DNA from: an uncultured Caldilineaceae bacterium
Lineage (GTDB): Bacteria; Chloroflexota; Anaerolineae; 4572-78; J111
Direction of reading: 5' to 3'
Length of the DNA stretch: 64,000 nt
Assembly: GCA_964612485.1 (NCBI GenBank)
Contig: CAZTFF010000018.1
Coordinates: 12,598 to 76,597 of the forward strand
Part shown: positions 43,950 through 52,952 of the stretch, one piece after another
How positions within the stretch are numbered: position 1 is the first letter of the stretch
How the letters are laid out: each line of letters opens with the position of its first letter
Notes under the pieces: generated by a model
Databases searched by the model: none
What the model saw: the letters and a program-made list of their open reading frames with translations, nothing else
What the model was told of the DNA's origin: nothing
Made by a program: the position numbers and the translations under genes

Positions 43950-44233
43950 GTCAATTACCGGATCGACTGTCGATGTTGCGCGGCGCGTTGGTTGATAAAT
44001 TATCCGCCTACGGCCAAAAAGCGGGTGATTTGGGGCAGCAAGTCCGCAAACGGGTGTTTGGATTTCGACAACGGTCAACATTTTTCATCGACCGCTCTTC
44101 TTTTTCGGTGAAACTGTTGCACGAACATAAATTGGTCCAGCGCAAACGGGCCTTCCAGCAGGGCGGCGGCGAGCGGTCCGGGATGGTGCGCTATGCCCTG
44201 GATAAAGTGCGCCACCGAAACCAACAGCCCTGA
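43946..44233 (+). CDS. Hypothetical basic 95-aa protein, translationally coupled between lspA and rluD
   Basis: ATGA overlap with the lspA stop (43946-43949) and TGATG overlap with the rluD start (44231-44235). No family recognised. Confidence 0.45.
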   Translation: MSQLPDRLSMLRGALVDKLSAYGQKAGDLGQQVRKRVFGFRQRSTFFIDRSSFSVKLLHEHKLVQRKRAFQQGGGERSGMVRYALDKVRHRNQQP

Positions 44234-45183
44234 TGGCTTCGGCGCAGACCCTTCAAATTCAGGTTGACGGCCCGGCCACGCGCCTCGACCACTTTTTGGC
44301 CGGCACTGTCTCTCATCTCTCTCGATCCCAACTGCAAAAACTCATTCGCCAGGGCGCTGTGACCGTGACTTCGCCGGAGCGCCCGCCCGATCCTGTGACG
44401 CGCCCGGCTGTCACCGTGCAGCCGGGCGATGTGATTACGCTGCAATTACCGTCTCCCCCCCCCGCAGACCTCCAACCCGAAGAAATGCCCCTGGACATTG
44501 TGTTTGAAGACGATGATCTGGTTGTCGTCAACAAACCGGCGGGCCTGGTGGTGCATCCCGCCCAGGGACACCAAAGCGGCACGCTGGTCAACGCGCTGCT
44601 GGCCCGCTATCCTGATTTGGACGCGATGCGCGGCGGTACTGCATCTGACCGGCCCGGTATTGTTCACCGGCTCGACCGCGATACCTCGGGCTTGATCGTG
44701 GTGGCCCGCACGCCCGAAGCTTTGAAAAATTTGCAGCGCCAGTTCAAAAATCGAACAGTGGAGAAAATCTACCTGGCCCTCGTTTTTGGCCGGCCCGACG
44801 CGCCGGAAGGGGTGATCGACGTGCCGCTGGGGCGCGATCTCCGCCGCCGGCAAAAATTCGCCGCCCGCCCCGACGGAAAACCGGCCCGCACCCACTACCG
44901 GCTCAAAGCCGATTACGGCGCGTACAGTTTGCTGGAAATCGGCCTGGAAACGGGCCGCACCCACCAGATCCGGGTGCATCTGGCCTGGCTCAAATGCCCG
45001 GTAGTGGGCGATACAGTGTATGGCCGCAAAAAGAACAATCTCGGACTCAAACACCAATTTCTGCACGCCCGGCAATTGCGGTTTGACCACCCGCGCAGCG
45101 GGGAGACGCTTCGGTTGAAAGCGCCGCTGCCCGATGATCTACAGCATGTCATCAATGGGTTGGACAAGCGGATTTGTAATTAG
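44233..45183 (+). CDS. rluD: RluA-family 23S rRNA pseudouridine synthase (RluD-like)
   Basis: N-terminal S4 domain, VVNKPAGLVVHP, the HRLDRDTSGL catalytic motif, and THQIRVHL. Confidence 0.92.
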   Translation: MASAQTLQIQVDGPATRLDHFLAGTVSHLSRSQLQKLIRQGAVTVTSPERPPDPVTRPAVTVQPGDVITLQLPSPPPADLQPEEMPLDIVFEDDDLVVVNKPAGLVVHPAQGHQSGTLVNALLARYPDLDAMRGGTASDRPGIVHRLDRDTSGLIVVARTPEALKNLQRQFKNRTVEKIYLALVFGRPDAPEGVIDVPLGRDLRRRQKFAARPDGKPARTHYRLKADYGAYSLLEIGLETGRTHQIRVHLAWLKCPVVGDTVYGRKKNNLGLKHQFLHARQLRFDHPRSGETLRLKAPLPDDLQHVINGLDKRICN

Positions 45184-45188
45184 GCGGG

Positions 45189-45233
45189 TTGTTGATTAAG
45201 TTGATGTGGATTATAATGTATATCATTATCCAT
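45189..45233 (+). promoter_or_regulatory. Promoter with overlapping palindromic operator upstream of the RHH-MazF pair
   Basis: TATAAT at 45212-45217 is embedded in the imperfect palindrome tggattataatg ta tatcattatcca (45207-45232). TTG-rich -35 candidates lie at 45189-45197. Confidence 0.4.
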
Positions 45234-45250
45234 ATTTCAACAGGACGTGA

Positions 45251-45487
45251 ATGATGAAAACCATCCAAATGACCATTGATGAGTCGCTGTTAGCTGAAGT
45301 TGATCGGGTGACCCAAAATATGGATCTCAGCCGTTCCGCTTTTATTCGAGAGGCTTTGCAACTGGCTTTACGGCGTTACAAAATCCTTGAGTTGGAACGA
45401 AAGCAGGCCGAAGGGTATGCCCAACACCCCGTTGAACCGGGCGAGTTTGATGTTTGGCCGGCTGAACAGGTGTGGGGGGAGGCATGA
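45251..45487 (+). CDS. Ribbon-helix-helix (CopG-like) antitoxin
   Basis: In MMKTIQMTIDESLLAEVDRVTQNMDLSRSAFIREALQLALRR, a beta-strand followed by two helices gives the RHH signature. Its stop overlaps the toxin ATG (ATGA). Confidence 0.8.
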   Translation: MMKTIQMTIDESLLAEVDRVTQNMDLSRSAFIREALQLALRRYKILELERKQAEGYAQHPVEPGEFDVWPAEQVWGEA

Positions 45488-45816
45488 AATGGGGCGAAGT
45501 TCGCTGGTATACCTTCAAAGAGCCTGATAGACGTCGCCCGGTTCTCATATTGACTCGTACCTCGGCCATTAGCTTTTTGAACGCCCTGACGGTTGCACCC
45601 ATTACCACAACCATCCGTGATATTCCTTCTGAAGTTTTTTTGAGCCGTGAAGACGGACTTTTTGCTAACTGCGCCGTTAATTTGGATAATGTGCAAACTG
45701 TACCCAAATCTCAACTCGGTGAATTGATAACCCACCTCTCGACGGACCGAATGGAAGAGATAAAACACGCCCTGATTTTTGCTTTGGGGTTTGACTCGCT
45801 GCTTTTTAGGGATTGA
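45484..45816 (+). CDS. mazF: MazF/PemK-family endoribonuclease toxin
   Basis: ATG 45484. GEVRWYTFKEPDRRRPVLILTR....VAPITTTIRDIPSEVFL... matches the PemK/MazF core. Confidence 0.85.
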   Translation: MKWGEVRWYTFKEPDRRRPVLILTRTSAISFLNALTVAPITTTIRDIPSEVFLSREDGLFANCAVNLDNVQTVPKSQLGELITHLSTDRMEEIKHALIFALGFDSLLFRD

Positions 45817-45926
45817 TCGAGCGGTGTGTTTTTTGTCAGCCAAAGAAAGTGGTAAGTGATTGGTGAGTCATTCCTCACTCATCATTTTTGATTCATTATG
45901 TTAACTCTTGAAAAAAGGATAAATAG

Positions 45927-47429
45927 ATGAAACAGAAACTTACAACCTTGAATACCAAACTCAAACAGGTCAAAAACCTCAACAGCGCCGCCGCCGTGCT
46001 GCATTGGGATCAGCAAGTCAATATGCCGCCGGCAGGGGCCGCGGCCCGCGCCGAGCAGATCGCCACCCTGGAAACATTGGCCCACGAAATGTTTGTGGTG
46101 GATGAAATCGGCGCGCTGCTGGATGATCTGGCCGGGGTCGGTTTTGATTATGATTCGGTCGAGGCCAGCCTGGTGCGCGTGGTCAAACGAGATTACGACC
46201 GGGCGCGCAAGCTCCCTTCCGAACTGGTCGAAAGAATGAGCCGCACCTTTGCCCGCGGCCATCAAATTTGGGTCAAAGCCAGGGCCGAAAAGGACTTTGC
46301 CCAATTTCAAGATACGCTGGCGGAAATTGTCGATCTCAATATTGAAAAGGCCGAAGCCTACGGCTACGACGACGCTATTTACGATGCCCTGCTGGATGAA
46401 TTTGAACCGGATATGAAATCCGCCGAGGTAAACCGGGTGTTTGATGAATTAAAGGCCGAGATGATCCCGCTGGTGCGCGCCATCTCGGAGCAGGTGGATG
46501 CGGTGGACAACGCGGTGGTTCATCAGGAATTTGACGTGCGAACGCAGTGGGATTTTGGCCTGGAAGTGCTCAAGGCGATGGGCTACAATTTTGACGCGGG
46601 CCGGCAGGATAAATCGGCCCATCCTTTCACCACCAGTTTTTCCATCAACGATGTGCGGGTGACAACCCGTTATTATGATGACTGGCTGAACCCGGCCCTG
46701 TTTGCCACCATGCACGAGGGCGGCCACGCGCTGTACGAGCAAAATATCGATCCGGCGCTGGAAGGTACGCCGCTGGCCGACGGCACCTCGCTGGGCGTTC
46801 ACGAATCGCAATCGCGGTTGTGGGAAAATGTGCTGGGCCGCAGCAAACCCTTCTGGCAGCATTACTATCCTCGTTTGCAGAAATATTTTTCGGCGCAGCT
46901 GCAAGATGTTGAACTGGAGACCTTCTACCGGGCCATCAACAAAGTCAGCCCCTCCTTCATCCGGGTAGAAGCTGATGAAGTGACCTACAACATGCACATT
47001 TTTCTCCGCTTTGAACTGGAACAGGCTTTGCTGGAAAAACAGATCAAGGTGGCCGGCCTGCCGGAGGCCTGGAACGCCAAAATGGAAGAATATCTGGGCA
47101 TTGTTCCGCCGGATGATGCGCTGGGCGTGCTGCAAGATGTCCACTGGTCCGGCGGCGCGATGGGCTATTTCCCCACCTACACCTTGGGAACCGTGCTGTC
47201 GCTGCAATTTTACAACCGTGCCCTGCAAGATATTCCCGATTTACCGGACCAATTCAGCCGGGGCGAGTTAGATTCGTTGCTGACCTGGTTCCGCGAGCAC
47301 ATTCACCGCCATGGCCGAAAGTACACCGCCAACGAACTTATCGAGCGCGTCACCGGCGCCCAACAGATCGAAGTTGGCCCCTACCTGGGGTATCTCAAAC
47401 AAAAATTTGGCGAAATTTATCAGTTGTAA
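45927..47429 (+). CDS. M32 carboxypeptidase (Taq-type metallocarboxypeptidase)
   Basis: LHWDQQVNMP, the HPF motif (SAHPFTT), the HEGGHALYEQ zinc site, GVHESQSRLWEN, and IRVEADEVTYNMHI. Confidence 0.92.
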   Translation: MKQKLTTLNTKLKQVKNLNSAAAVLHWDQQVNMPPAGAAARAEQIATLETLAHEMFVVDEIGALLDDLAGVGFDYDSVEASLVRVVKRDYDRARKLPSELVERMSRTFARGHQIWVKARAEKDFAQFQDTLAEIVDLNIEKAEAYGYDDAIYDALLDEFEPDMKSAEVNRVFDELKAEMIPLVRAISEQVDAVDNAVVHQEFDVRTQWDFGLEVLKAMGYNFDAGRQDKSAHPFTTSFSINDVRVTTRYYDDWLNPALFATMHEGGHALYEQNIDPALEGTPLADGTSLGVHESQSRLWENVLGRSKPFWQHYYPRLQKYFSAQLQDVELETFYRAINKVSPSFIRVEADEVTYNMHIFLRFELEQALLEKQIKVAGLPEAWNAKMEEYLGIVPPDDALGVLQDVHWSGGAMGYFPTYTLGTVLSLQFYNRALQDIPDLPDQFSRGELDSLLTWFREHIHRHGRKYTANELIERVTGAQQIEVGPYLGYLKQKFGEIYQL

Positions 47430-47436
47430 GAACAAA

Positions 47437-47534
47437 GTAGCAGGGTAGCAGAGTAGCAAAGTAGCAGCGCTTGCCTTGCTACCCTGCTACCTTGCTACCC
47501 TGCTACCTTGCTACCTTGTAACCCTGCTACCCTG
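47437..47534. repeat. Inverted arrays of an 8-nt word: 4 x GTAGCARR facing 7.5 x YYTGCTAC
   Basis: gtagcagg gtagcaga gtagcaaa gtagcagc (47437-47468), the spacer gcttgc, then cttgctac cctgctac cttgctac cctgctac cttgctac cttgtaac cctgctac cctg (47475-47534). It can fold into a hairpin of about 30 bp in several registers. Confidence 0.85.
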
Positions 47535-47539
47535 ATTCT

Positions 47540-48463
47540 ATGAACTCCCTCCTTGTCATCGTTGGCCCCACCGCGGTGGGTAAAACTGGATTATCGCTGC
47601 AACTGGCCCGGGCGTTTGAGGCGGAAATCATCTCGGCGGATTCGCGGCAAATTTATTGCGGGTTGGATATTGGCACGGACAAAGCCACGCCCCAACAACG
47701 CGCCCAGGTGCCGCACCACCTGATTGATGTGGTTGACCCGGACGAAATTCTCTCCCTGGCTGATTTTCAGGAACGAGCCTATTATCTGATTGACGACATC
47801 CACCGCCGCCATCGACTGCCGCTGCTGGTGGGGGGCACCGGCCAGTGGGTCTGGGCGGTGGTGGAAGGCTGGGGCGTGCCCCGCGTGCCGCCGGATTATG
47901 AGCTGCGGGCTAAGTTACAGGCCCGCGCCGAGGCCGTCGGGGTTGAGGCTTTCCACGCCGAATTGGCCGCGGTTGATCCCGCTGCGGCCCAAAAACTCGA
48001 CCCGCGCAATGTGCGCCGGGTTATCCGGGCGCTGGAAGTGTACCAAAAAACCGGCGTTCCCATCAGCCAGCATCAAAAAAAATCTCCGCCGCCGTATGCC
48101 ATCTTGATCATCGGTTTGACCCGCCCCCGCGAGGCGTTGTATGAGCGCATCGACCGCCGCATCGACCGGATGATGGAAGGGGGATTGCTGGCGGAAGTGG
48201 AGCAGTTGGTGGAGGCCGGATATGGGTTGGATCTGCCCTCGATGTCCGGCCTGGGCTATCGTCAGATTGGGCAGTATTTGCAGGGCGAGATCAGCCTGGA
48301 CGAGGCGGTGGCCCTCATCAAAAAAGAGACCCGCCGTTTTGTGCGGCAGCAGTACAACTGGTTCCGCCTGGACGACGAGCGTATCCGGTGGTTTGAGGTT
48401 GATGAATCAGAAGATGTGTATCGCCGGGTGAGCGATTGGGTCAAAAATAGTCTGCGTTCCTGA
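47540..48463 (+). CDS. miaA: tRNA dimethylallyltransferase
   Basis: LVIVGPTAVGKTGLSL P-loop, ISADSRQIYCGLDIGTDK, and HHLID. Confidence 0.93.
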   Translation: MNSLLVIVGPTAVGKTGLSLQLARAFEAEIISADSRQIYCGLDIGTDKATPQQRAQVPHHLIDVVDPDEILSLADFQERAYYLIDDIHRRHRLPLLVGGTGQWVWAVVEGWGVPRVPPDYELRAKLQARAEAVGVEAFHAELAAVDPAAAQKLDPRNVRRVIRALEVYQKTGVPISQHQKKSPPPYAILIIGLTRPREALYERIDRRIDRMMEGGLLAEVEQLVEAGYGLDLPSMSGLGYRQIGQYLQGEISLDEAVALIKKETRRFVRQQYNWFRLDDERIRWFEVDESEDVYRRVSDWVKNSLRS

Positions 48464-48481
48464 TAGACGGGAAAACCACCC

Positions 48482-50128
48482 ATGCTGCATGTTTCCAACA
48501 TTTCCAAAAGTTACGGAGTTGATACCGTGCTGGCCGGTATTTCGTTTGTAGCCAATGCCGGCGAGCGGATTGGGTTGGTCGGCCCCAACGGCTGCGGCAA
48601 AACTACCCTGCTGCGGATCATCGCCGGCGCGGAAGCGGCGGACAAAGGCCGGGTCCGCTTTGGTCCGCCCGATTTGTCTGTGGGCTACCTGGCCCAGGCC
48701 CTGGAATTTGCGCCGGATGAAATAATGGATCAGGCCCTCAAACGGGCCACCGCCGGCCATCATCGGGCCTGGAGCGAAATGCAGCGCCTGGCCCGTCAAA
48801 TGAGCCAAGAAAATGCCGATTTGTCTACGCTCAATCGGACCTACGCCCAGGCCGAAGCTCGTTTTGAAACAGCCGGCGGTTACGCGTTGGAAGCACGGTT
48901 GGAGATGGTGCTGGACGGCCTGGATTTGGCCGATGTTCCGCGCGATTTGCCGGTTGAACGTCTGAGCGGCGGGCAAAAAACCCGGCTGGGTCTGGCGGGG
49001 CTGCTCACCCGGCAGCCACAGCTGCTGCTGCTCGATGAACCGACCAATCATTTGGATTTGGACGCGCTCGATTGGCTGGAAAAATGGCTGCGCGATTACG
49101 AAGGCGCGGTCTTGATCGTATCGCACGACAGGACTTTTTTGGATGCGACGATTACCCGCACCCTGGTTATTGATCCCGACTCTCACACCCTGCGCGATTT
49201 TGCCGGAAATTATATGGCTTACACCGAGGCGCGCGCGCGGGAAATCGATCAGCAGTGGCAAACCTATCAAGATCAGCAGGAAGAGATTTTACGGCTGCAC
49301 AATGCCGCCCGGCGGCTGCGCGGCCAGGCTGTGATGAAACGCGGCGGCAAAGCCGACAGCGGTGATAAATTTGCCAAAGGGTTCTACTCCGATCAGAGCG
49401 CCCGCAGCGTGGGCCGGGCCAAACAAATTGAGCGCCGCCTGGAGCGCTTACAAAACGAAGTTCGGGTTGACAAACCGTCGCGGCATTGGAAACTCAAAGT
49501 AGATTTTGCCGATGACACCGGCGGCGCGCGCGAGGTGCTGCGGCTGCAAGATGTTGCTATGGGCTTTGGGGGTCGAACCCTTTTCAAAAATGTGAATCTG
49601 ACCCTTACGCACGGCCAGTGCATTGTTTTCATCGGCCCCAACGGGATGGGTAAAACAACACTGTTACGCTTGATTATGGGCGAGTTGTCGCCCACAGCCG
49701 GCGAGATTTTCATCGGATCGGGGGTAAAAGTAGGGTACGGCGCGCAAGAGCAAGAGGTTTTAGACCTCCGCCTGACTCCTTACGATACCCTCCGGGCCGA
49801 AGCGGAAGACATGGATCAAACCGATATCCGCCGGTTTCTGCATCAGTTCTTGTTTACGGGAGATGATGTGTTTGTTCCGGTCGAACATTTAAGTTTTGGC
49901 GAACGCGCCCGGCTCAGCCTGGCCTTGCTGGTGGCGCGCGGCTGTAATTTTTTGCTGTTGGACGAACCCATCAACCACCTGGATATTCCCGGCCGGGAAC
50001 AGTTTGAAGACGCGCTCCTGCAATTTCCGGGCACCACGCTGGCCGTAGCCCACGACCGGCGCTTTATTGAACGGGTTGCCACGGGTATTTGGGAACTCAA
50101 AGACCAACAAATTTATGCGGCAGTATAA
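48482..50128 (+). CDS. ABC-F family ATPase (two ABC cassettes, no TMD)
   Basis: Walker A motifs GLVGPNGCGKTT and FIGPNGMGKTT, signature motifs LSGGQKTRL and LSFGERARL, and a charged interdomain linker. Confidence 0.9.
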   Translation: MLHVSNISKSYGVDTVLAGISFVANAGERIGLVGPNGCGKTTLLRIIAGAEAADKGRVRFGPPDLSVGYLAQALEFAPDEIMDQALKRATAGHHRAWSEMQRLARQMSQENADLSTLNRTYAQAEARFETAGGYALEARLEMVLDGLDLADVPRDLPVERLSGGQKTRLGLAGLLTRQPQLLLLDEPTNHLDLDALDWLEKWLRDYEGAVLIVSHDRTFLDATITRTLVIDPDSHTLRDFAGNYMAYTEARAREIDQQWQTYQDQQEEILRLHNAARRLRGQAVMKRGGKADSGDKFAKGFYSDQSARSVGRAKQIERRLERLQNEVRVDKPSRHWKLKVDFADDTGGAREVLRLQDVAMGFGGRTLFKNVNLTLTHGQCIVFIGPNGMGKTTLLRLIMGELSPTAGEIFIGSGVKVGYGAQEQEVLDLRLTPYDTLRAEAEDMDQTDIRRFLHQFLFTGDDVFVPVEHLSFGERARLSLALLVARGCNFLLLDEPINHLDIPGREQFEDALLQFPGTTLAVAHDRRFIERVATGIWELKDQQIYAAV

Positions 50129-50254
50129 TCTTCAATGGTTTGGATTTGTCTGGCGAATTCCCCACCGTACCGCCCACTTTAACACCAACACACTCGGATT
50201 GTTTGACAAGACTCTGACCTTTATGTTACGCTTGACCGACGGAGTTGTAGAAAA

Positions 50255-51826
50255 ATGACTCATCCCCCGGAATTAGATTACGACACGATCATCATTGGCA
50301 GCGGCTTTGGTGGTTCGGTGGCGGCGCTGCGGCTGGCCGAGAAAAGCGAGCGCGTGCTGGTGCTGGAAAAAGGCAAATGGCTGGCCGCCGACGATTTTCC
50401 CCGCTCCAACTGGAATCTCAAACGCTGGCTGTGGCTGCCCGCGCTGCGCTTTTTTGGCCTGTTCAAAATCACCTTGTTTCGACACATTACTGTGTTATCG
50501 GGCGTGGGCGTGGGCGGCGGTTCGCTGGTGTATGCCAATACGCTGGCTAAACCCCGACCGGAGTTTTTCCAATCCGGCTCCTGGGCGCATCTGGCCGATT
50601 GGCAGGCCGAACTCGGAGAATTTTATCAAATCGCCCGAACGATGCTGGGCGCGGTCCCCAACCCGCAGTTGCAGGTAGGCGATCAGGCTTTGCAGCAGGT
50701 GGCCCGGCACTTGGGGCGCGCGCAAGCGTTTTCTTCTACCGATGTTGCCGTTTACTTTGGCGAACCGGACGTCACCGTATCCGATCCCTATTTTGCGGGG
50801 CGCGGCCCGGCGCGCGCGGGCTGTACCTTTTGCGGCGGCTGTCTGCTGGGCTGCCGCCACAACGCCAAAAATACGCTTGATAAAAATTATCTGCATCTGG
50901 CCCGGCGATTGGGAGCCAAAATTCAGGCCGAGTCTGAGGTTTTCGATGTAGCGCCGCTGGATGGTGAACGCGGCACTACAGGGTATCGAGTGGGGTGGCG
51001 CTCGTCAACCAGGTTGTTCAAACAAAAAAGTGATTTTACCTGCCGGCGCGTGGTATTTGCCGGCGGCGTGTTGGGTACTGTTAAATTGATGCTGGAACTG
51101 AAGAAATCATCACTCCCGCGCCTGTCGGATAGCGTGGGCGATTTTGTGCGCACCAATTCGGAAAGCTTGCTGGGCGTGACCGCGCTGGATCGAAAAACCG
51201 TTTTTTCCGACGGCGTGGCTATTGGTGCAATTCTTCACACCGACGATCATAGCCATCTGGAGCCGGTGCGTTATCCCGCCGGATCGGGGTTTTGGCGCTT
51301 GCTGCAAATGCCCATGGTGCAGAGCAAAAATATCTTTGTCCGCCTGTCAAAAATTGTAGCCGATTTCATCCAGCGCCCGGTAGACAATCTGAAAGTGATT
51401 TTTGTGGATGATTGGGCCAAGCGCACCCAGATTTTGCTTTTTATGCGTACGCTTGAGGGCCATTTGCGGCTGTCCAAAGGATTGTGGGGATTGAAGACGT
51501 CAATTCGACAGGGCCAACAGCCTACCGCCTTTATCCCCGAAGCTCAGGAACTGGCGCGGCAATTTGCCGGGCAGGTCAACGGTAAGCCTACCGCTCTGCT
51601 CACCGAAACCCTGCTGGGAATCCCTACCACCGCCCACATTTTGGGCGGCTGCGTGATGGGTCAAAATAGTGATGAGGGCGTGATCGATAAAGATAACCGC
51701 GTATTTGGCTACGAAAACATGCTTGTGTGCGACGGTTCGATGATCTCGGCCAATCCGGGGGTGAATCCGGCGCTCACTATAACCGCGCTTACCGAACGAG
51801 CGATGAGCAAAATACCGAAAAAATAG
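50255..51826 (+). CDS. GMC-family FAD-dependent oxidoreductase (cholesterol-oxidase-like)
   Basis: IIIGSGFGGSVAALRLAEK (FAD GxGxxG), GVGGGSLVYAN, and C-terminal DGSMISANPGVNPALTITALTERA. Confidence 0.85.
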   Translation: MTHPPELDYDTIIIGSGFGGSVAALRLAEKSERVLVLEKGKWLAADDFPRSNWNLKRWLWLPALRFFGLFKITLFRHITVLSGVGVGGGSLVYANTLAKPRPEFFQSGSWAHLADWQAELGEFYQIARTMLGAVPNPQLQVGDQALQQVARHLGRAQAFSSTDVAVYFGEPDVTVSDPYFAGRGPARAGCTFCGGCLLGCRHNAKNTLDKNYLHLARRLGAKIQAESEVFDVAPLDGERGTTGYRVGWRSSTRLFKQKSDFTCRRVVFAGGVLGTVKLMLELKKSSLPRLSDSVGDFVRTNSESLLGVTALDRKTVFSDGVAIGAILHTDDHSHLEPVRYPAGSGFWRLLQMPMVQSKNIFVRLSKIVADFIQRPVDNLKVIFVDDWAKRTQILLFMRTLEGHLRLSKGLWGLKTSIRQGQQPTAFIPEAQELARQFAGQVNGKPTALLTETLLGIPTTAHILGGCVMGQNSDEGVIDKDNRVFGYENMLVCDGSMISANPGVNPALTITALTERAMSKIPKK

Positions 51827-51856
51827 ACATGACGTTAATCGAAAGGAGTTTTTGAC

Positions 51857-52789
51857 ATGACAGTTTTTGTAACCGGGGGATACGGACAGATCGCCTCCTG
51901 GGCGGTTTATTACCTGGCCAAAGCGGGCCGGGATGTGGTGGTGTATGATCTCAACCCGCAGCCGCCCGATTATCTGGATGAGGTGGCCGGCAAGATTACC
52001 TTTGTAAAAGGCGATGTGCTGGACATGGCCCGGCTGGCCGACACCATCAAAAAATACCAATCTCAGATTGACGGTATTATTCACACGGTCGGCATCATGG
52101 GCGAGTTAGTGCAGCAAAACGCTTATTACAATATGAGGCTGAATGTGATGGGCCTGGTGAATGTGATGGAAATGGCCCGCATCTTTAACATCAAAAAAGT
52201 GCTTTACACCAGCACCGGCGCGGTGTATGGCTTGGCGCAGGGCATTGTGCCGGAAGATACCCCGCTGGCCCCCACCGATTTATACGCCTCGACCAAGGTT
52301 TCCAGCGAGCATCTGGGCATGCAATTTGCCAACACGTTTGGACTGGATTTTCGCGTAGCCAGAGTTTATTTTGTTTATGGGCCGGGCAAACTGCCGTCTA
52401 ATTTTATCAACCTCTATCGTATGGCGTTTGGCGCGTTGCAGGGCATTCAAGGGTTGAAAATGGATAAAGGTGGCGAGCAAAAGCTGGATTTCACTTACGC
52501 CGAAGATGCGGGCCGGGGGGTGGCCGTGCTGTACCAGGCCGAAAACCCGCCCCATCAAATTTATAATCTGGCCACCGGCAAAGCCAGCAGCGTGGGTGAA
52601 GCCATTGAGCTTTCTAAAAAGTACACCCACTACCCGGTTGAGGTTGACATCGGCCCCGGCGAGTTGATGAAACGGTGCGAAGCCCTGGATGTCAGCCGCG
52701 CCGAAGCCGAGTTGGGTTTCAGCACGCAATACTCGCTGGAAGACGGTATCAAAAGTTACGCCGGCTGGCTCAAAAAACAGTTGGGGTGA
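51857..52789 (+). CDS. NAD-dependent epimerase/dehydratase (SDR)
   Basis: VFVTGGYGQIASW Rossmann motif, YTSTGAVYG, and YASTK (YxxxK). Confidence 0.82.
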   Translation: MTVFVTGGYGQIASWAVYYLAKAGRDVVVYDLNPQPPDYLDEVAGKITFVKGDVLDMARLADTIKKYQSQIDGIIHTVGIMGELVQQNAYYNMRLNVMGLVNVMEMARIFNIKKVLYTSTGAVYGLAQGIVPEDTPLAPTDLYASTKVSSEHLGMQFANTFGLDFRVARVYFVYGPGKLPSNFINLYRMAFGALQGIQGLKMDKGGEQKLDFTYAEDAGRGVAVLYQAENPPHQIYNLATGKASSVGEAIELSKKYTHYPVEVDIGPGELMKRCEALDVSRAEAELGFSTQYSLEDGIKSYAGWLKKQLG

Positions 52790-52804
52790 GACATCAACCC
52801 TGAT

Positions 52805-52952
52805 TTGTCCATTCGGTAGGAGTGTGCTATACTGCAATCCCGGTGCGAACTTACAGAGGATGAATGATGGCTCATTTTCGCCTGGATAAAACTATAACAT
52901 ATCGTCAACCCAACAATCACTGACCCGATTCTCCGGAATCGGGTATTTTTTT
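52805..52952 (+). promoter_or_regulatory. Candidate pyr leader/attenuator: promoter + 19-codon leader ORF + intrinsic terminator
   Basis: TTGTCC (52805-52810), a 17-nt spacer with TG, and TATACT (52828-52833). SD AGAGGA is at 52855-52860. The leader ORF ATGATG... runs 52864-52923 (MMAHFRLDKTITYRQPNNH). A 9-bp hairpin pairs acccgattc with gaatcgggt (52923-52944), followed by T7 (52946-52952). Confidence 0.5.

Noticed and set aside
47437-47534. Considered as a CRISPR-like array.
   Set aside because: The repeat unit is only 8 nt and the units are contiguous with no spacers. The two halves are inverted relative to each other, and no cas genes are present.
52840-52865. A PyrR-binding anti-antiterminator loop in the pyr leader.
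   Set aside because: Only a weak resemblance (acagagga) to the remembered UCCAGAGAGG core. There is no supporting stem, and no pyrR gene is in the window. I kept the ribosome-coupled model as the working hypothesis instead.
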